The translations under genes and the position numbers were made by a program. Positions 43,563 to 52,156 of a stretch of DNA of 52,156 bases are shown here, piece after piece. This stretch comes from Bacillota bacterium (GTDB lineage: Bacteria > Bacillota > Clostridia > Christensenellales > QALW01). The stretch covers positions 1-52,156 of the forward strand of contig JAQXIQ010000015.1 in NCBI GenBank assembly GCA_029007865.1, given 5' to 3'. A model generated the notes under the pieces. That model saw only the letters and a list, made by a program, of their open reading frames with translations. It did no database searches and had not been told where the DNA came from. Within the stretch, counting starts at the first letter, position 1. Each line of letters opens with the position of its first letter.

Positions 43563-44005
43563 ATATCAAATTCGCCTTCCTTATAACCTATGGGCGTAAT
43601 AACAAAGCATCTGTTGTCCCCGTCCAGCTTGATGATGTTTATATCCAGCCTTTGCCCGGGCATATCCTGCTCCTCCAGGCGCTCGCTCCACTCCACGCAC
43701 CTGACGGAATGAGCATCAAAAAACATTTCGTCAAAGCCAAGATCATAGATTTCTCTTCCCTCTATGCGGTATAGGTCAAAATGATACACCGGGAGTCTGC
43801 CGTCGGTATACTGGTTCAGTAGCGCAAAAGTCGGGCTGGAGGTCTGCGCCGTACTGCCCAGGGCCGCGGCCAAGGCGCTGACAAAAGCAGTTTTGCCCGC
43901 CCCGAGATCTCCCCTGAAGGCTATAAAACAGCCGTTCGTTATCTTCCCGGCCAGACGGGCCGCCAGTTCATCCGTTTCCTTTACCGAGGATGTATAATAA
44001 ATCAT
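43559..44005 (-). CDS. tsaE: tRNA t6A biosynthesis ATPase TsaE
   Basis: ATG 44005 lies 8 nt after AAGGAAG. Motifs are the P-loop GDLGAGKT, SPTFAL and HFDLYR. Confidence 0.9.
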   Translation of the reverse strand: MIYYTSSVKETDELAARLAGKITNGCFIAFRGDLGAGKTAFVSALAAALGSTAQTSSPTFALLNQYTDGRLPVYHFDLYRIEGREIYDLGFDEMFFDAHSVRCVEWSERLEEQDMPGQRLDINIIKLDGDNRCFVITPIGYKEGEFDI

Positions 44006-44193
44006 GGGAAAACTTCCTTTATATTTGTAAGGTGCGCCGGGCTTAAACATCGCATATACAGCAGAAGCCCGTGCCGCGCAATCCGCTGCGCGCGTCCGTG
44101 TTTTCTATCCGGATAATTGTATCATTTTAAGCGCCGTAAGTCAATCCAAATAGCATCGCGGCGATAATCCGCTTAAAACTTTGATTTTTCTTA

Positions 44194-44221
44194 TTGCATT
44201 TTGCTAAGTATTTGCTATAAT
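44194..44221 (+). promoter_or_regulatory. Sigma-A-type promoter with extended -10
   Basis: TTGCAT (44194-44199), 16-nt spacer ending in TGC, then TATAAT (44216-44221). The predicted leader contains two 10-bp direct repeats ACAGTATTTC (44251-44260 and 44263-44272). Confidence 0.6.
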
Positions 44222-44311
44222 CGTATTGTGATATTTACTTTTAACATAGCACAGTATTTCATACAGTATTTCGTGCGGAATTAAAATCTGATTTACTGCC
44301 GGAGAAGATAT

Positions 44312-46009
44312 ATGGATCTGATTTTTTATACGGATGCACCTGCTTCCGAAGCCCCCGACGCCATTACGCTGACCCAAACGGGTCTTGTTTACCGCGGACA
44401 CGGCTATTCGCCGGCCTGCGAGGCATTTATAAACAATTATGAGTCAATGCAGGACTGCGGCACGCTGCTTCTGCCTATGCACCCCACCCTGGAAGCCGTC
44501 TGCACCGCCTATCTTGCCCTGAGCGCATCGGAAAGCGGCAAGCTGCCGCGCGCTGCGGGCATGCTGGCCTCCTATCTGGCAAAGGCGGACAGTGAGCATC
44601 TGCCCTTTACCCGGGACAGCATAGACACCCTTCCGTTTTTATATGAGTTTTTAAGCTCGGAGATCACCTGCGAAAAGGACGCGCGTATTCTTACCGACAC
44701 TGTTTTTACCGTGCTGCGCCAGTACATGATGGACCTGCTGCTCTTTTGCGACCTTGACCTTTCGCAGCAGAAGGTTTCCGCCCGGGTGCCGTCGGTAGCC
44801 CCCATAATATCGCGCGCCGAAAAGGAGCTGGACAGGTATATAAGCGACTGCGCCGCGGGCCGGGAGCTTACCGCTCCCCTGCCTATGGAGGACGGCTCCG
44901 TGTCGGAATGCCGCATATTGCTGCTCCGCAACCCGGAGTGTTCCTGCCCGGAGCTTTTTGCGAGGCTGTGCGGCTTTTCCATGCTTTTGCTGCATTCGGG
45001 CGGATTAAAGGTGCTGCCGCTCTACTGCAGCCGGGAGGCGGTGGAGTCGCTCTTAAGGTCAGCCGGCAGTATAACCGATGCGGGCAGCACCATTATTGCG
45101 CCCTTTGATGACCCAAGCAGGCTGATTGAAATGTTAGGCAGGCTGGAGTGCACTTCCTGCAGTGTTGCGCTGCGGGCATATATAAATGCTTCCTCCGGCG
45201 CCGTAAAGAGAATACCCGGCCGCTGCACGGCGGACGGGCTGGAGCTGGAATGCAGTATTAAAGCAACAGACGGCGGCACTTATGTTACTCTTGAAGGGCA
45301 TCCGGCTCTGGAGGGCAAAAGCTTCTATTTTTCCATGAAGTCCGCCCTTGAGCTGCGCTCCCGTCTGCTTGAGAGAGACATATTTGAATTGCTGGGAATA
45401 CAGGGCAAGCTGAACCGGCTTTACTGCGATGTTACGCTGAACCTCCCCGTTGACTGCATGAGCGACTTCTTTGCGGTAAGCATAAGCGCCGGGCAGGGGC
45501 GGTACGCCGTACTTGAAGACGGCATTATTGCAATATCGGACACCTGCCCACCCGCAGAGCAGCTGCGCAAAAGTCTGGACACGCTGGCACGGCTGGAATC
45601 CGCTGCATCCGGAGGCCCATTTGGCGCGCTGCGCATTCTTAGCAAAGCCACCGAGCTGTGCAGGGATATATCGATAAGCGACGGCTTTCTGCGCGAGGTA
45701 TATGCCGCCTGCCGTGCCCCGGAGCGTGCCGAAGCGGTGCGCCGCACCGCTCTTAACGCCTGCGCTCTTATCGGAGCCCGCCGCAATATAGCCGCCATAA
45801 TCGCGCTTTCCGTCTGTCCTGCGCTGTTTATATGTGCGTTTCCCTTTGCAGCCGGCATTATTGCCCCGTCGCCCGGCTCTGTGATATCGGCCGTGATTAT
45901 TGCAGCTGCCCTGGCATGGCTGTGCGTATTCCTGCTTTGCCGCAGAAAAAAGAACAGTTCGGGTTCCGCTTCCCTCAAAGACGGCGGCTCCGACGCGGAC
46001 GGGAAATAA
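44312..46009 (+). CDS. Hypothetical 565-aa Cys-rich protein with a C-terminal double TM anchor
   Basis: Long uninterrupted ORF with codon usage like its neighbours and GGAGAAG upstream. C-terminal helices are IAAIIALSVCPALFICAFPFAAGII and VISAVIIAAALAWLCVFLLC. No known family recognised. Confidence 0.7.
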   Translation: MDLIFYTDAPASEAPDAITLTQTGLVYRGHGYSPACEAFINNYESMQDCGTLLLPMHPTLEAVCTAYLALSASESGKLPRAAGMLASYLAKADSEHLPFTRDSIDTLPFLYEFLSSEITCEKDARILTDTVFTVLRQYMMDLLLFCDLDLSQQKVSARVPSVAPIISRAEKELDRYISDCAAGRELTAPLPMEDGSVSECRILLLRNPECSCPELFARLCGFSMLLLHSGGLKVLPLYCSREAVESLLRSAGSITDAGSTIIAPFDDPSRLIEMLGRLECTSCSVALRAYINASSGAVKRIPGRCTADGLELECSIKATDGGTYVTLEGHPALEGKSFYFSMKSALELRSRLLERDIFELLGIQGKLNRLYCDVTLNLPVDCMSDFFAVSISAGQGRYAVLEDGIIAISDTCPPAEQLRKSLDTLARLESAASGGPFGALRILSKATELCRDISISDGFLREVYAACRAPERAEAVRRTALNACALIGARRNIAAIIALSVCPALFICAFPFAAGIIAPSPGSVISAVIIAAALAWLCVFLLCRRKKNSSGSASLKDGGSDADGK

Positions 46010-46071
46010 CCTCCGCGCGCCGAAAAAGCGCCTTTGACGGTCTTGTTTTTGTTTGCCTTTCGGGATATGTA

Positions 46072-46112
46072 CAGTGCCGTCCGGAGGATTCCGGACGGTA
46101 CTGCTTATTTTA
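46072..46112 (+). terminator. Rho-independent terminator
   Basis: 13-bp stem CAGTGCCGTCCGG / CCGGACGGTACTG (one G-U pair), loop AGGATT, followed by CTTATTTTA. Confidence 0.7.
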
Positions 46113-46161
46113 CTGCCTGAGCCGATGTAAACGGTGCAAACCGGCCTGCCGCAAGCCTAGC

Positions 46162-46848
46162 TTATCGTCTGATTCTGCAGCTGCGCAGCAGCTCCTTGCG
46201 CTCCTTGGGTATACGCCTGCTTTCCAGCGCCTTTTGTATGGTGCGGTTATGAGTAAGCGCATCCAGCCTGCCGCGGAATATATACTCCGCCGCCTCATCA
46301 TAATGCTTGGCAAGCGCCGTTGCGAAATACCACGCCTTCATCATGCTTATGTAGTATTCCTCGCCATTTACCCGGGCCACCCACTCCAGGTATTCCGGTG
46401 AAAAATTTTCATCAAGAAAAAAGCTCAGGAGCATTCCGATGCCGAATCTGCGCGTATACAAATGCTCGGACCGCAGCCACACGGCGATATGTCCGCGCAG
46501 CGGCGCAGGGTTCCTGCCCAGCACCTTGGGACGTACCGAATCGCAGGTAGCCCAGTTATCCACCGCAGGCAAAAAACGCTCCAGTTCCGCTATACAGCGG
46601 TCGAAGTCCTTTATTCTTTCTATCAGAAAACCGTGAAGATTATTCTCCTCAAAGTATTCATGCTTCAAAGACAAGAACTCCTCGGCTTCGTCGCACGTAA
46701 GCTGTGAAGCCATTTTGCGCAGCAAAGGAGTTCTGACCCCTATGATGCGGCTTTTATCGATATTTGGCACAAGCGACGCATTAAAATCCCGGTACTTCTC
46801 ATCCCTGAGCTCCAGCAGACGCGTCCGTATGTTTTCTTCCGTAGTCAT
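46162..46848 (-). CDS. DNA alkylation repair protein (AlkD-like HEAT repeat)
   Basis: ATG 46848 lies 5 nt after GGAGG. RLLELRDEKYRDFNASLVPNIDKSRIIGVRTPLLRKMA is typical of the DNA_alkylation family. Confidence 0.85.
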   Translation of the reverse strand: MTTEENIRTRLLELRDEKYRDFNASLVPNIDKSRIIGVRTPLLRKMASQLTCDEAEEFLSLKHEYFEENNLHGFLIERIKDFDRCIAELERFLPAVDNWATCDSVRPKVLGRNPAPLRGHIAVWLRSEHLYTRRFGIGMLLSFFLDENFSPEYLEWVARVNGEEYYISMMKAWYFATALAKHYDEAAEYIFRGRLDALTHNRTIQKALESRRIPKERKELLRSCRIRR

Positions 46849-46979
46849 TTTTCCTCCCCGGCACACTCATATTTTATATATCGCCGCTCTCTGCCGTGCT
46901 GTGTTGCGGCGCTTTATTGCTTTTTTAACAGAAATATAATATAATTATACCATAAAAAGAATATAAAAAGGAGAACACC

Positions 46980-47690
46980 ATGTTTGAAAATAAAGTAGCC
47001 GTTGTTACAGGAGGGGCTCACGGCATCGGTCTCTGCGTTACGGAAAAGTTCCGGGCTCACGGAGCACATGTAGCGGTTATTGACAGCACACCGGGAAAGC
47101 ACTTTGTGGGTGATATAGGGGATAAAAGCGTGCTGGAAGCCTTCTGCAAACATATAACCGGGCTATACGGCCATGTCGACTTCCTTATAAATAACGCGCC
47201 GCCCGTTATGCGCGGGCTGGACAGCTGCTCCTACGAGGAGTTCAACAGGGCGCTGGCAGTAGGCGTGACCGCTCCGTTCTACCTGACGAAGCTGCTTCTG
47301 CCATACTTTGCCGACGGCGCCGCAATAGTCAACATATCCTCATCCCGCGACCGCATGAGCCAACCGCAGACCGAGAGCTACACTGCGGCAAAAGGCGGCA
47401 TTTCGGCGCTTACTCACGCGCTTGCGGTAACTCTTGCCGGAAAGGTGCGCGTCAACTCCGTTTCTCCGGGCTGGATAAATACGGGCAAAGACGAATACTC
47501 CGGAGCCGACGCAAAGCAGCACCCTGCCGGGCGCGTAGGTTTGCCCTCGGATATTGCGGACGCAGTGCTGTTCCTGTGCTCGGACAGCGCCGGCTTTATC
47601 ACCGGAGAAGACCTCTGCATTGACGGCGGAATGACAAAGCAGATGATATATCACGGTGACTTCGGATGGAGCTTTGAGCCCGGGCGTTAG
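46980..47690 (+). CDS. SDR family oxidoreductase
   Basis: Cofactor motif TGGAHGIG, NNA, and the catalytic S..YxxxK (YTAAK). Confidence 0.9.
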   Translation: MFENKVAVVTGGAHGIGLCVTEKFRAHGAHVAVIDSTPGKHFVGDIGDKSVLEAFCKHITGLYGHVDFLINNAPPVMRGLDSCSYEEFNRALAVGVTAPFYLTKLLLPYFADGAAIVNISSSRDRMSQPQTESYTAAKGGISALTHALAVTLAGKVRVNSVSPGWINTGKDEYSGADAKQHPAGRVGLPSDIADAVLFLCSDSAGFITGEDLCIDGGMTKQMIYHGDFGWSFEPGR

Positions 47691-47785
47691 GCCATTATGC
47701 CCGGCGCACCGTCGGTCAGGCTGCCGGCCGCAAAGCCCATTGCCGCCGCGGCGCATACCGGGCAAAGGCCGGAGTTTGCCAAGCT

Positions 47786-48109
47786 TTACTCTTGCTGCCC
47801 GCTTTCCTCGTCCAGCGCCTCTATCAAAAAGCTCACCGGACGGAACCCGTCGTTGCAGGATATCATTGCGGAGTGCGGGTTTTTCATCCAGCCGTCATAC
47901 AGATTGCTGCCGCCGTGCGCCAGCGTCATTACAAAGGGCGACATACTCTCCCATGCGCTGTCACACATGCCCTCCGGCTTCTGCCAGCCCTCCGAAATAA
48001 AAACCATCCCCTCCCGCATATCGCACGCATGCTCTATGGGGTTTTCGTATTTTTCCATAAGGTCGGTATAGCTTGCCGTTCTTACAACGGTGATTCTGCA
48101 CTTTTTCAT
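47786..48109 (-). CDS. TIGR04076 family protein (small Cys/His-rich protein of unknown function)
   Basis: GGAGG lies 7 nt upstream. MKKCRITVV.. ..HACDMREGMVF.. ..EGMCDSAW.. matches my recollection of TIGR04076. Family membership was not verified. Confidence 0.7.
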   Translation of the reverse strand: MKKCRITVVRTASYTDLMEKYENPIEHACDMREGMVFISEGWQKPEGMCDSAWESMSPFVMTLAHGGSNLYDGWMKNPHSAMISCNDGFRPVSFLIEALDEESGQQE

Positions 48110-48190
48110 AATTTATCCTCCCGGTATCCGGTTTGTACGGACAGAGTCAAAGCATTCAGGCCTTGCAGCCGAATTGAAAGATATAAGCAA

Positions 48191-48231
48191 AAAAGCAGAC
48201 ATGCGAAAGTCCGCATGTCTGCCGCGTTTTT
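48191..48231. terminator. Bidirectional rho-independent terminator
   Basis: AAAA-GCAGACATGCG-AAAGTC-CGCATGTCTGC-CGCGTTTTT. The perfect 11-bp stem is followed by TTTTTT on the minus strand. Confidence 0.8.
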
Positions 48232-48243
48232 GTACTTATGTTA

Positions 48244-48465
48244 TCAGTTCTGCGGAGACGGAACCACATATTCCTCGTCTTTACTGCAGAGCAGGAAAAT
48301 TCCGCCCAGCAGTGAACAGAAAAGCAGGACGCAAACGCTGATTCCGGTGGAAGGCTTCTGGGTTTTCATCTGGTTCAGGGCAATTATTCCGAAAACAAGG
48401 GGAAGAATCGTCCAGAAACCTACGACCATACCGATGATGATAAATACTTTTGCAGCAGTTTTCAT
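48244..48465 (-). CDS. Small two-TM membrane protein
   Basis: ATG 48465 lies 5 nt after GGAGG. Translation gives MKTAAKVFIIIGMVVGFWTILPLVFGIIAL..VCVLLFCSLLGGIFLLC, and the gene is followed by a strong terminator. Confidence 0.55.
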   Translation of the reverse strand: MKTAAKVFIIIGMVVGFWTILPLVFGIIALNQMKTQKPSTGISVCVLLFCSLLGGIFLLCSKDEEYVVPSPQN

Positions 48466-48539
48466 ATAATCCTCCATAATTATATAAATTTATTGTTGCA
48501 ATTATATCATTTAACGATATGCCGTGTCAATATATATTT

Positions 48540-48770
48540 TCAGCTATTGGGCATATTTGCATCCCCGTCGGAGACTTGCTCGCCGTTATTCCGGTCAGAA
48601 GCTGAGCAAGCATCCGGGCGGATTACCTCCGCAATCACGCCATTATCCGTAACGGCGCACATGTCGGTATAATCATCATCGCATATAATATCCTGCGCAT
48701 CCGAACAGCATGCGTAAATTATCGTTCCTATGCAAAAAACTACGCATATTCCCATTAAAAGATAGCCCAT
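48540..48770 (-). CDS. Possible small membrane-anchored acidic protein (weak call)
   Basis: ORF downstream of the isomerase gene: MGYLLMGICVVFCIGTIIYACC followed by an acidic, Cys-containing tail. The RBS is poor and the start is uncertain. Confidence 0.3.
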   Translation of the reverse strand: MGYLLMGICVVFCIGTIIYACCSDAQDIICDDDYTDMCAVTDNGVIAEVIRPDACSASDRNNGEQVSDGDANMPNS

Positions 48771-48807
48771 AAAACACAATTCACTCCATTTCCGAATATA
48801 AAAAACG

Positions 48808-49599
48808 CTAAACAGCACCGGATAGCTCATAAAAGCCCGATATCGCCTGGGGCAACATTTCAAACGCCGTCTCCAGGATAAACGGGCCGCAAAAGCCCGA
48901 CTTTATTATTGCCTCAATATGCCTCTGCCAGTCAAAAAGTCCGGCAATGGGCAGATGCAGGTCGTTCTGCCGGTCGTTCTCGTGGACATGGACGCTGCCA
49001 AGGCGTTCCATGCACTCATAAAGTATAGGCATCCCCCTGTCGTCAATCATGGCATGGCCGAAATCAAAGCAATACCTGATGCGCTTATGCGTTAAGACCG
49101 ACATAACATACCGGTAATCCTCCACCCTGTCCAGCAAGCGCACAAGCTCGCTCCTGAACGGCGCGGGATATATGTTTTCCAGATGAATATCCACGCCCAG
49201 ATCGTCCGCGAAAGCAGCCAGCTCCTCGGCAAAATCACACAGTGCGTTAAGCGCGTTCTGGCGCAGCCTGACAGGACTTTTGCCCTGCATACTGCCGCCG
49301 TGAAACACCACAAATGTCCCGCCCATATCGGCGGCTTGCTTTACTGCATCCTTGGACAGCTCCAGCCACTTTTCCCTGATCGCCTGTACCGCCTCCGCCG
49401 GGTTCATCTGCCCGTAAGCGTGGAAGGACAGCTCTGTGCCGGGATGCGCCCGTCTGATACATTCTACTCCCTGTTCCAGCTTGGCTCTCGGGTCGCGCTG
49501 TGCAGGCAGCTTGACCTGAACATGCCCCACCCCCGGGAACATATCAAGCAGCCTGACCGTCTCCTCAAGCGCCGACGGCTTAACGCTAACTCCCAGCAT
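48808..49599 (-). CDS. Sugar phosphate isomerase/epimerase (xylose-isomerase-like TIM barrel)
   Basis: FVVFHGG, IHLENI, FDFGHA and HVHEND motifs. The start abuts the DegV stop with no intergenic gap. Confidence 0.85.
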   Translation of the reverse strand: MLGVSVKPSALEETVRLLDMFPGVGHVQVKLPAQRDPRAKLEQGVECIRRAHPGTELSFHAYGQMNPAEAVQAIREKWLELSKDAVKQAADMGGTFVVFHGGSMQGKSPVRLRQNALNALCDFAEELAAFADDLGVDIHLENIYPAPFRSELVRLLDRVEDYRYVMSVLTHKRIRYCFDFGHAMIDDRGMPILYECMERLGSVHVHENDRQNDLHLPIAGLFDWQRHIEAIIKSGFCGPFILETAFEMLPQAISGFYELSGAV

Positions 49600-50469
49600 T
49601 TATTTTACCCTTTCCTTGCCCATGAACAGAACGGCTATGGTGCCCGGGCCGCAGTGTGTGCCTATAACGGGCCCCACATAGTTCACCCACAGCTCTTTGG
49701 GATTATACTGAGCGCGTATTGCATCCTCCAGATATTTTGCGTCCTGCGGAGCATCGGCGTGCAGCACTACAATGAGCTGTTCCTCCGGGTTTTCAATGTA
49801 CTGAGCCATCTTGTCCAGCAGCGTCTTTAATGCGCGCTTGCGGCCCTTTGCCTTTTCCGTCACTATCAGCTTGCCCTCCTGATTTACCGTCAGAATGGGT
49901 TTGAGCTCCAGCACGGTACCCATAAATGCGGCTGCTCCGGAAAGCCTGCCTCCGCGCTTGAGATGATAGAGGTCGTCAACGGAAAACCAGTGATGCACCC
50001 TGAAACGGTTATCCTCCACCCATTTGATTATCTCCTCCTGGGAGGCACCGTCGCGCCACATTTTTGTGGCGTAATATACGATCAGTCCCGCACCCATGGA
50101 GATGCTCAGAGTATTGACCACATTGAAGGTGCGCTCCGGATATTTTGCCAGCAGCTCCTGCCTTGCCTGCTCCAGCATCTGATGCGTGCCCGACAAAGCC
50201 GATGAGAAGCTTATCATAAGTATGTCCTGCCCTGCTGCCAGCACCGGCTCGTATATATCTATGTAATTCTGACAGTTAAGAGCGGCCGTGGTGGGCATAT
50301 TGCCTGCGCGCTCTTTATTGTAGAAATCCACGAAATCCGTATTTTCGCCAAGGTCATAATAATGTTCCTCGTCACATATAACATACGGCATGCGTACAAC
50401 ACCGAGATTGTTTTCCTTGGCAAACCAGTACGGTATTTCACTGTTGGAATCACAAAAAAGCTGATACAT
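49600..50469 (-). CDS. DegV family fatty-acid-binding protein
   Basis: GGAGGG RBS. ..MPTTAALN.., ISFSSALSGT and ..GTHCGPGTIAV are typical DegV motifs. Confidence 0.9.
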   Translation of the reverse strand: MYQLFCDSNSEIPYWFAKENNLGVVRMPYVICDEEHYYDLGENTDFVDFYNKERAGNMPTTAALNCQNYIDIYEPVLAAGQDILMISFSSALSGTHQMLEQARQELLAKYPERTFNVVNTLSISMGAGLIVYYATKMWRDGASQEEIIKWVEDNRFRVHHWFSVDDLYHLKRGGRLSGAAAFMGTVLELKPILTVNQEGKLIVTEKAKGRKRALKTLLDKMAQYIENPEEQLIVVLHADAPQDAKYLEDAIRAQYNPKELWVNYVGPVIGTHCGPGTIAVLFMGKERVK

Positions 50470-50615
50470 TGCATTCCCTCCGAAACAAAAAATAAAAAAT
50501 AAATAAATTCGCTTTTATTATACCGAAATCATTGATAAAATTCAAGCAAAAAAGTCCGAAACACCGCAAAATTACACGATAAAACCGCATCATGTGCTTT
50601 TTTTACAGTTTTCGG

Positions 50616-50644
50616 TTGTCGATTGCATAAAAAATGTGTATAAT
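50616..50644 (+). promoter_or_regulatory. Sigma-A-type promoter candidate for the NifU-like/GGGtGRT pair
   Basis: TTGTCG (50616-50621), 17-nt spacer, TATAAT (50639-50644). Confidence 0.45.
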
Positions 50645-50682
50645 ACATGCGTACAAAACGAAATACAAGGAGGCAACCGTAT

Positions 50683-51375
50683 ATGCAATACTCCCACGAG
50701 GTTGAAGAGATGCTCTGCGTTGCAAAGGGTGCAAAGCACGAGCCCGCGCCGATACCGCAGGAAGGCCTGTGGCTCGGTGCAAAAGAGATAACCGATATCT
50801 CCGGTCTTACCCACGGCGTAGGCTGGTGCGCACCGCAGCAGGGTGCCTGCAAGCTGACGCTCAATGTTAAAAAAGGCATTATAGAGGAGGCTCTGGTGGA
50901 AACACTGGGCTGCTCCGGAATGACCCACTCCGCCGCAATGGCCGCCGAGGTTCTGCCCGGCAAGACCATTCTGGAAGCCCTCAACACCGATCTTGTCTGC
51001 GACGCAATAAACGTCGCCATGAGAGAGCTGTTCCTGCAGATAGTTTACGGCCGCACCCAGACCGCTTTCTCGGAAAACGGCCTGCCGGTAGGCGCCGGAA
51101 TTGAGGATCTGGGCAAGGGTCTGCGCTCGCAGGTCGGAACCATGTTCTCCACCCGTGCAAAGGGCGTGCGCTACCTCGAGATGGCGGAAGGCTATGTCCT
51201 TGGCATAGGTCTTGACGCCAATAACGAGGTTATCGGCTACAAGTTCGTACACCTTGGCAAGATGATGGAAGCCATCCGCAAGGGTATGGATCCGACAGAA
51301 GCTTATAACAAATTCATCGGTACCTACGGCCGCTTTGATGAGGCAGTTACCGTGATTGACCCCAGAAAGCAGTAG
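50683..51375 (+). CDS. NifU/IscU-N-terminal-like iron-sulfur scaffold-type protein
   Basis: AAGGAGG lies 9 nt upstream. GVGWCAPQQGACKLTLNVKKGIIEEALVETLGCSGMTHSAAMAAEVLPGKTILEA resembles the IscU/NifU Cys-ligand layout. Confidence 0.75.
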   Translation: MQYSHEVEEMLCVAKGAKHEPAPIPQEGLWLGAKEITDISGLTHGVGWCAPQQGACKLTLNVKKGIIEEALVETLGCSGMTHSAAMAAEVLPGKTILEALNTDLVCDAINVAMRELFLQIVYGRTQTAFSENGLPVGAGIEDLGKGLRSQVGTMFSTRAKGVRYLEMAEGYVLGIGLDANNEVIGYKFVHLGKMMEAIRKGMDPTEAYNKFIGTYGRFDEAVTVIDPRKQ

Positions 51376-51387
51376 GAGGTGTGTATA

Positions 51388-52156
51388 ATGGCAAGTTTTG
51401 AAGGTTACGAAAGAAGAATCGATAAAATCAATGTTTGTCTTAAGGAGTACGGCTTCCAGGACCTTGATCAGGTCAAGGCATATACTCTGGAAAAGGGTGT
51501 GGACGCCGACGCCATAGTGCGCTCCATTCAGCCCATTGCTTTTGAAAACGCCGTTTGGGCATACACCCTGGGCGCCGCAATAGCCATTAAGAAGGGCTGC
51601 AAAACCGCCGCCGAGGCCGCCGAGGCCATCGGTATCGGCCTTCAGGCCTTCTGCATCCCCGGCAGCGTTGCCGACCAGCGCAAGGTAGGTCTCGGACACG
51701 GAAATCTGGCCGCCATGCTGCTGCGCGAGGAGACCAATTGCTTCGCCTTCCTCGCCGGTCACGAATCCTTTGCCGCGGCAGAGGGTGCAATCGGCATTGC
51801 AAAAACCGCAAACAAAGTACGCAAAAAGCCCCTGCGCGTAATCCTCAACGGTCTGGGCAAGGATGCGGCCTATATCATCAGCCGCATTAACGGCTTTACC
51901 TTTGTGGAAACCAAGTATGACTATTCCACCGGCAAGCTCAACATCGTAAGCGAAAAGCCCTTCTCTCAGGGCGACCGCGCCAAGGTCAATGTTTACGGCG
52001 CCGACGATGTTTCCGAGGGCGTGGCAATAATGATACACGAGGGCGTTGATGTTTCCATCACCGGTAACTCCACCAACCCCACCAGATTCCAGCATCCCGT
52101 TGCCGGAACCTATAAGAAGTGGGCAGTGGAAAACGGCAAGAAGTATTTCTCCGTTG
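51388..52156 (+). CDS. GGGtGRT-family protein (uncharacterised), N-terminal 256 aa; the 3' end lies outside the window
   Basis: This ORF is not in the supplied track because it has no stop in the window. I translated it by hand: AGGAGGTG RBS, then MASFEGYERRIDKINVCLKEYGF..GHGNLAAMLL..ITGNSTNPTRFQHPVAGTYKKW. It is open to the window edge. The 501-aa antisense ORF 50590..52095 is its shadow. The family call is from memory, and the name-giving motif would lie beyond the window. Confidence 0.7.
   Translation, partial: MASFEGYERRIDKINVCLKEYGFQDLDQVKAYTLEKGVDADAIVRSIQPIAFENAVWAYTLGAAIAIKKGCKTAAEAAEAIGIGLQAFCIPGSVADQRKVGLGHGNLAAMLLREETNCFAFLAGHESFAAAEGAIGIAKTANKVRKKPLRVILNGLGKDAAYIISRINGFTFVETKYDYSTGKLNIVSEKPFSQGDRAKVNVYGADDVSEGVAIMIHEGVDVSITGNSTNPTRFQHPVAGTYKKWAVENGKKYFSV

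Overview
This is a high-GC chromosomal segment of Firmicutes/Clostridia type, judged by eye. Supporting signs are AGGAGG-type ribosome-binding sites, a gerA-type spore-germination operon, a SpoIID-like protein with PG-binding repeats, DegV, tsaE-tsaB-rimI and Ddl/MurF. It is most consistent with a spore-forming gut anaerobe of the Oscillospiraceae/Ruminococcaceae kind, but that taxonomy is inference only.

I call 45 protein-coding genes:
- two tandem lipoprotein paralogs;
- an AraC regulator divergent from a secreted GH127/DUF1680-like enzyme with three CBM-like modules;
- a PHP phosphoesterase;
- a 1210-aa secreted protein with six FN3-like repeats and a TIM-barrel-like glycosidase region;
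- a spore-wall gene pair and a gerAA-AB-AC-type operon;
- a MarR plus heterodimeric ABC exporter operon;
- DUF362, SH3b, metallophosphoesterase and RACo-like ASKHA/2Fe-2S proteins;
- a LysR regulator divergent from SemiSWEET-like and SGNH-like genes;
- a lipoprotein esterase, an ArsR-C-terminal regulator, DUF1846, two sugar-phosphate isomerase/epimerase-type TIM barrels, and a zinc-ribbon/DUF4870 protein;
- a long minus-strand run of tsaE-tsaB-rimI, an alpha/beta hydrolase, a membrane-anchored MurF-like ligase, then ddl-metA;
- AlkD-like, SDR, TIGR04076 and DegV proteins, and a NifU-like/GGGtGRT pair that runs off the right edge.

I saw no rRNA, tRNA, CRISPR array, transposase, integrase or recognisable defence genes, and no complete novel multi-gene system that I can defend.

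The most unusual signals are:
1. A ~200-nt array downstream of metA, with four GTGATGT motifs mirrored by four ACATCAC motifs around a central hairpin and a promoter pointing into it.
2. An AT-rich single-gene cassette bounded exactly by a perfect 15-bp direct repeat, followed 15 bp later by three 25-bp tandem repeats.
3. A Mur ligase whose N-terminal domain is replaced by 4-5 transmembrane helices.
4. A leader with 21-nt inverted repeats and a U-tract in front of the RACo-like gene.
5. A GerC-type lipoprotein gene whose Shine-Dalgarno is positioned for an ATA codon.

All functional calls come from reading the translated ORFs against remembered family motifs. No database search was run.
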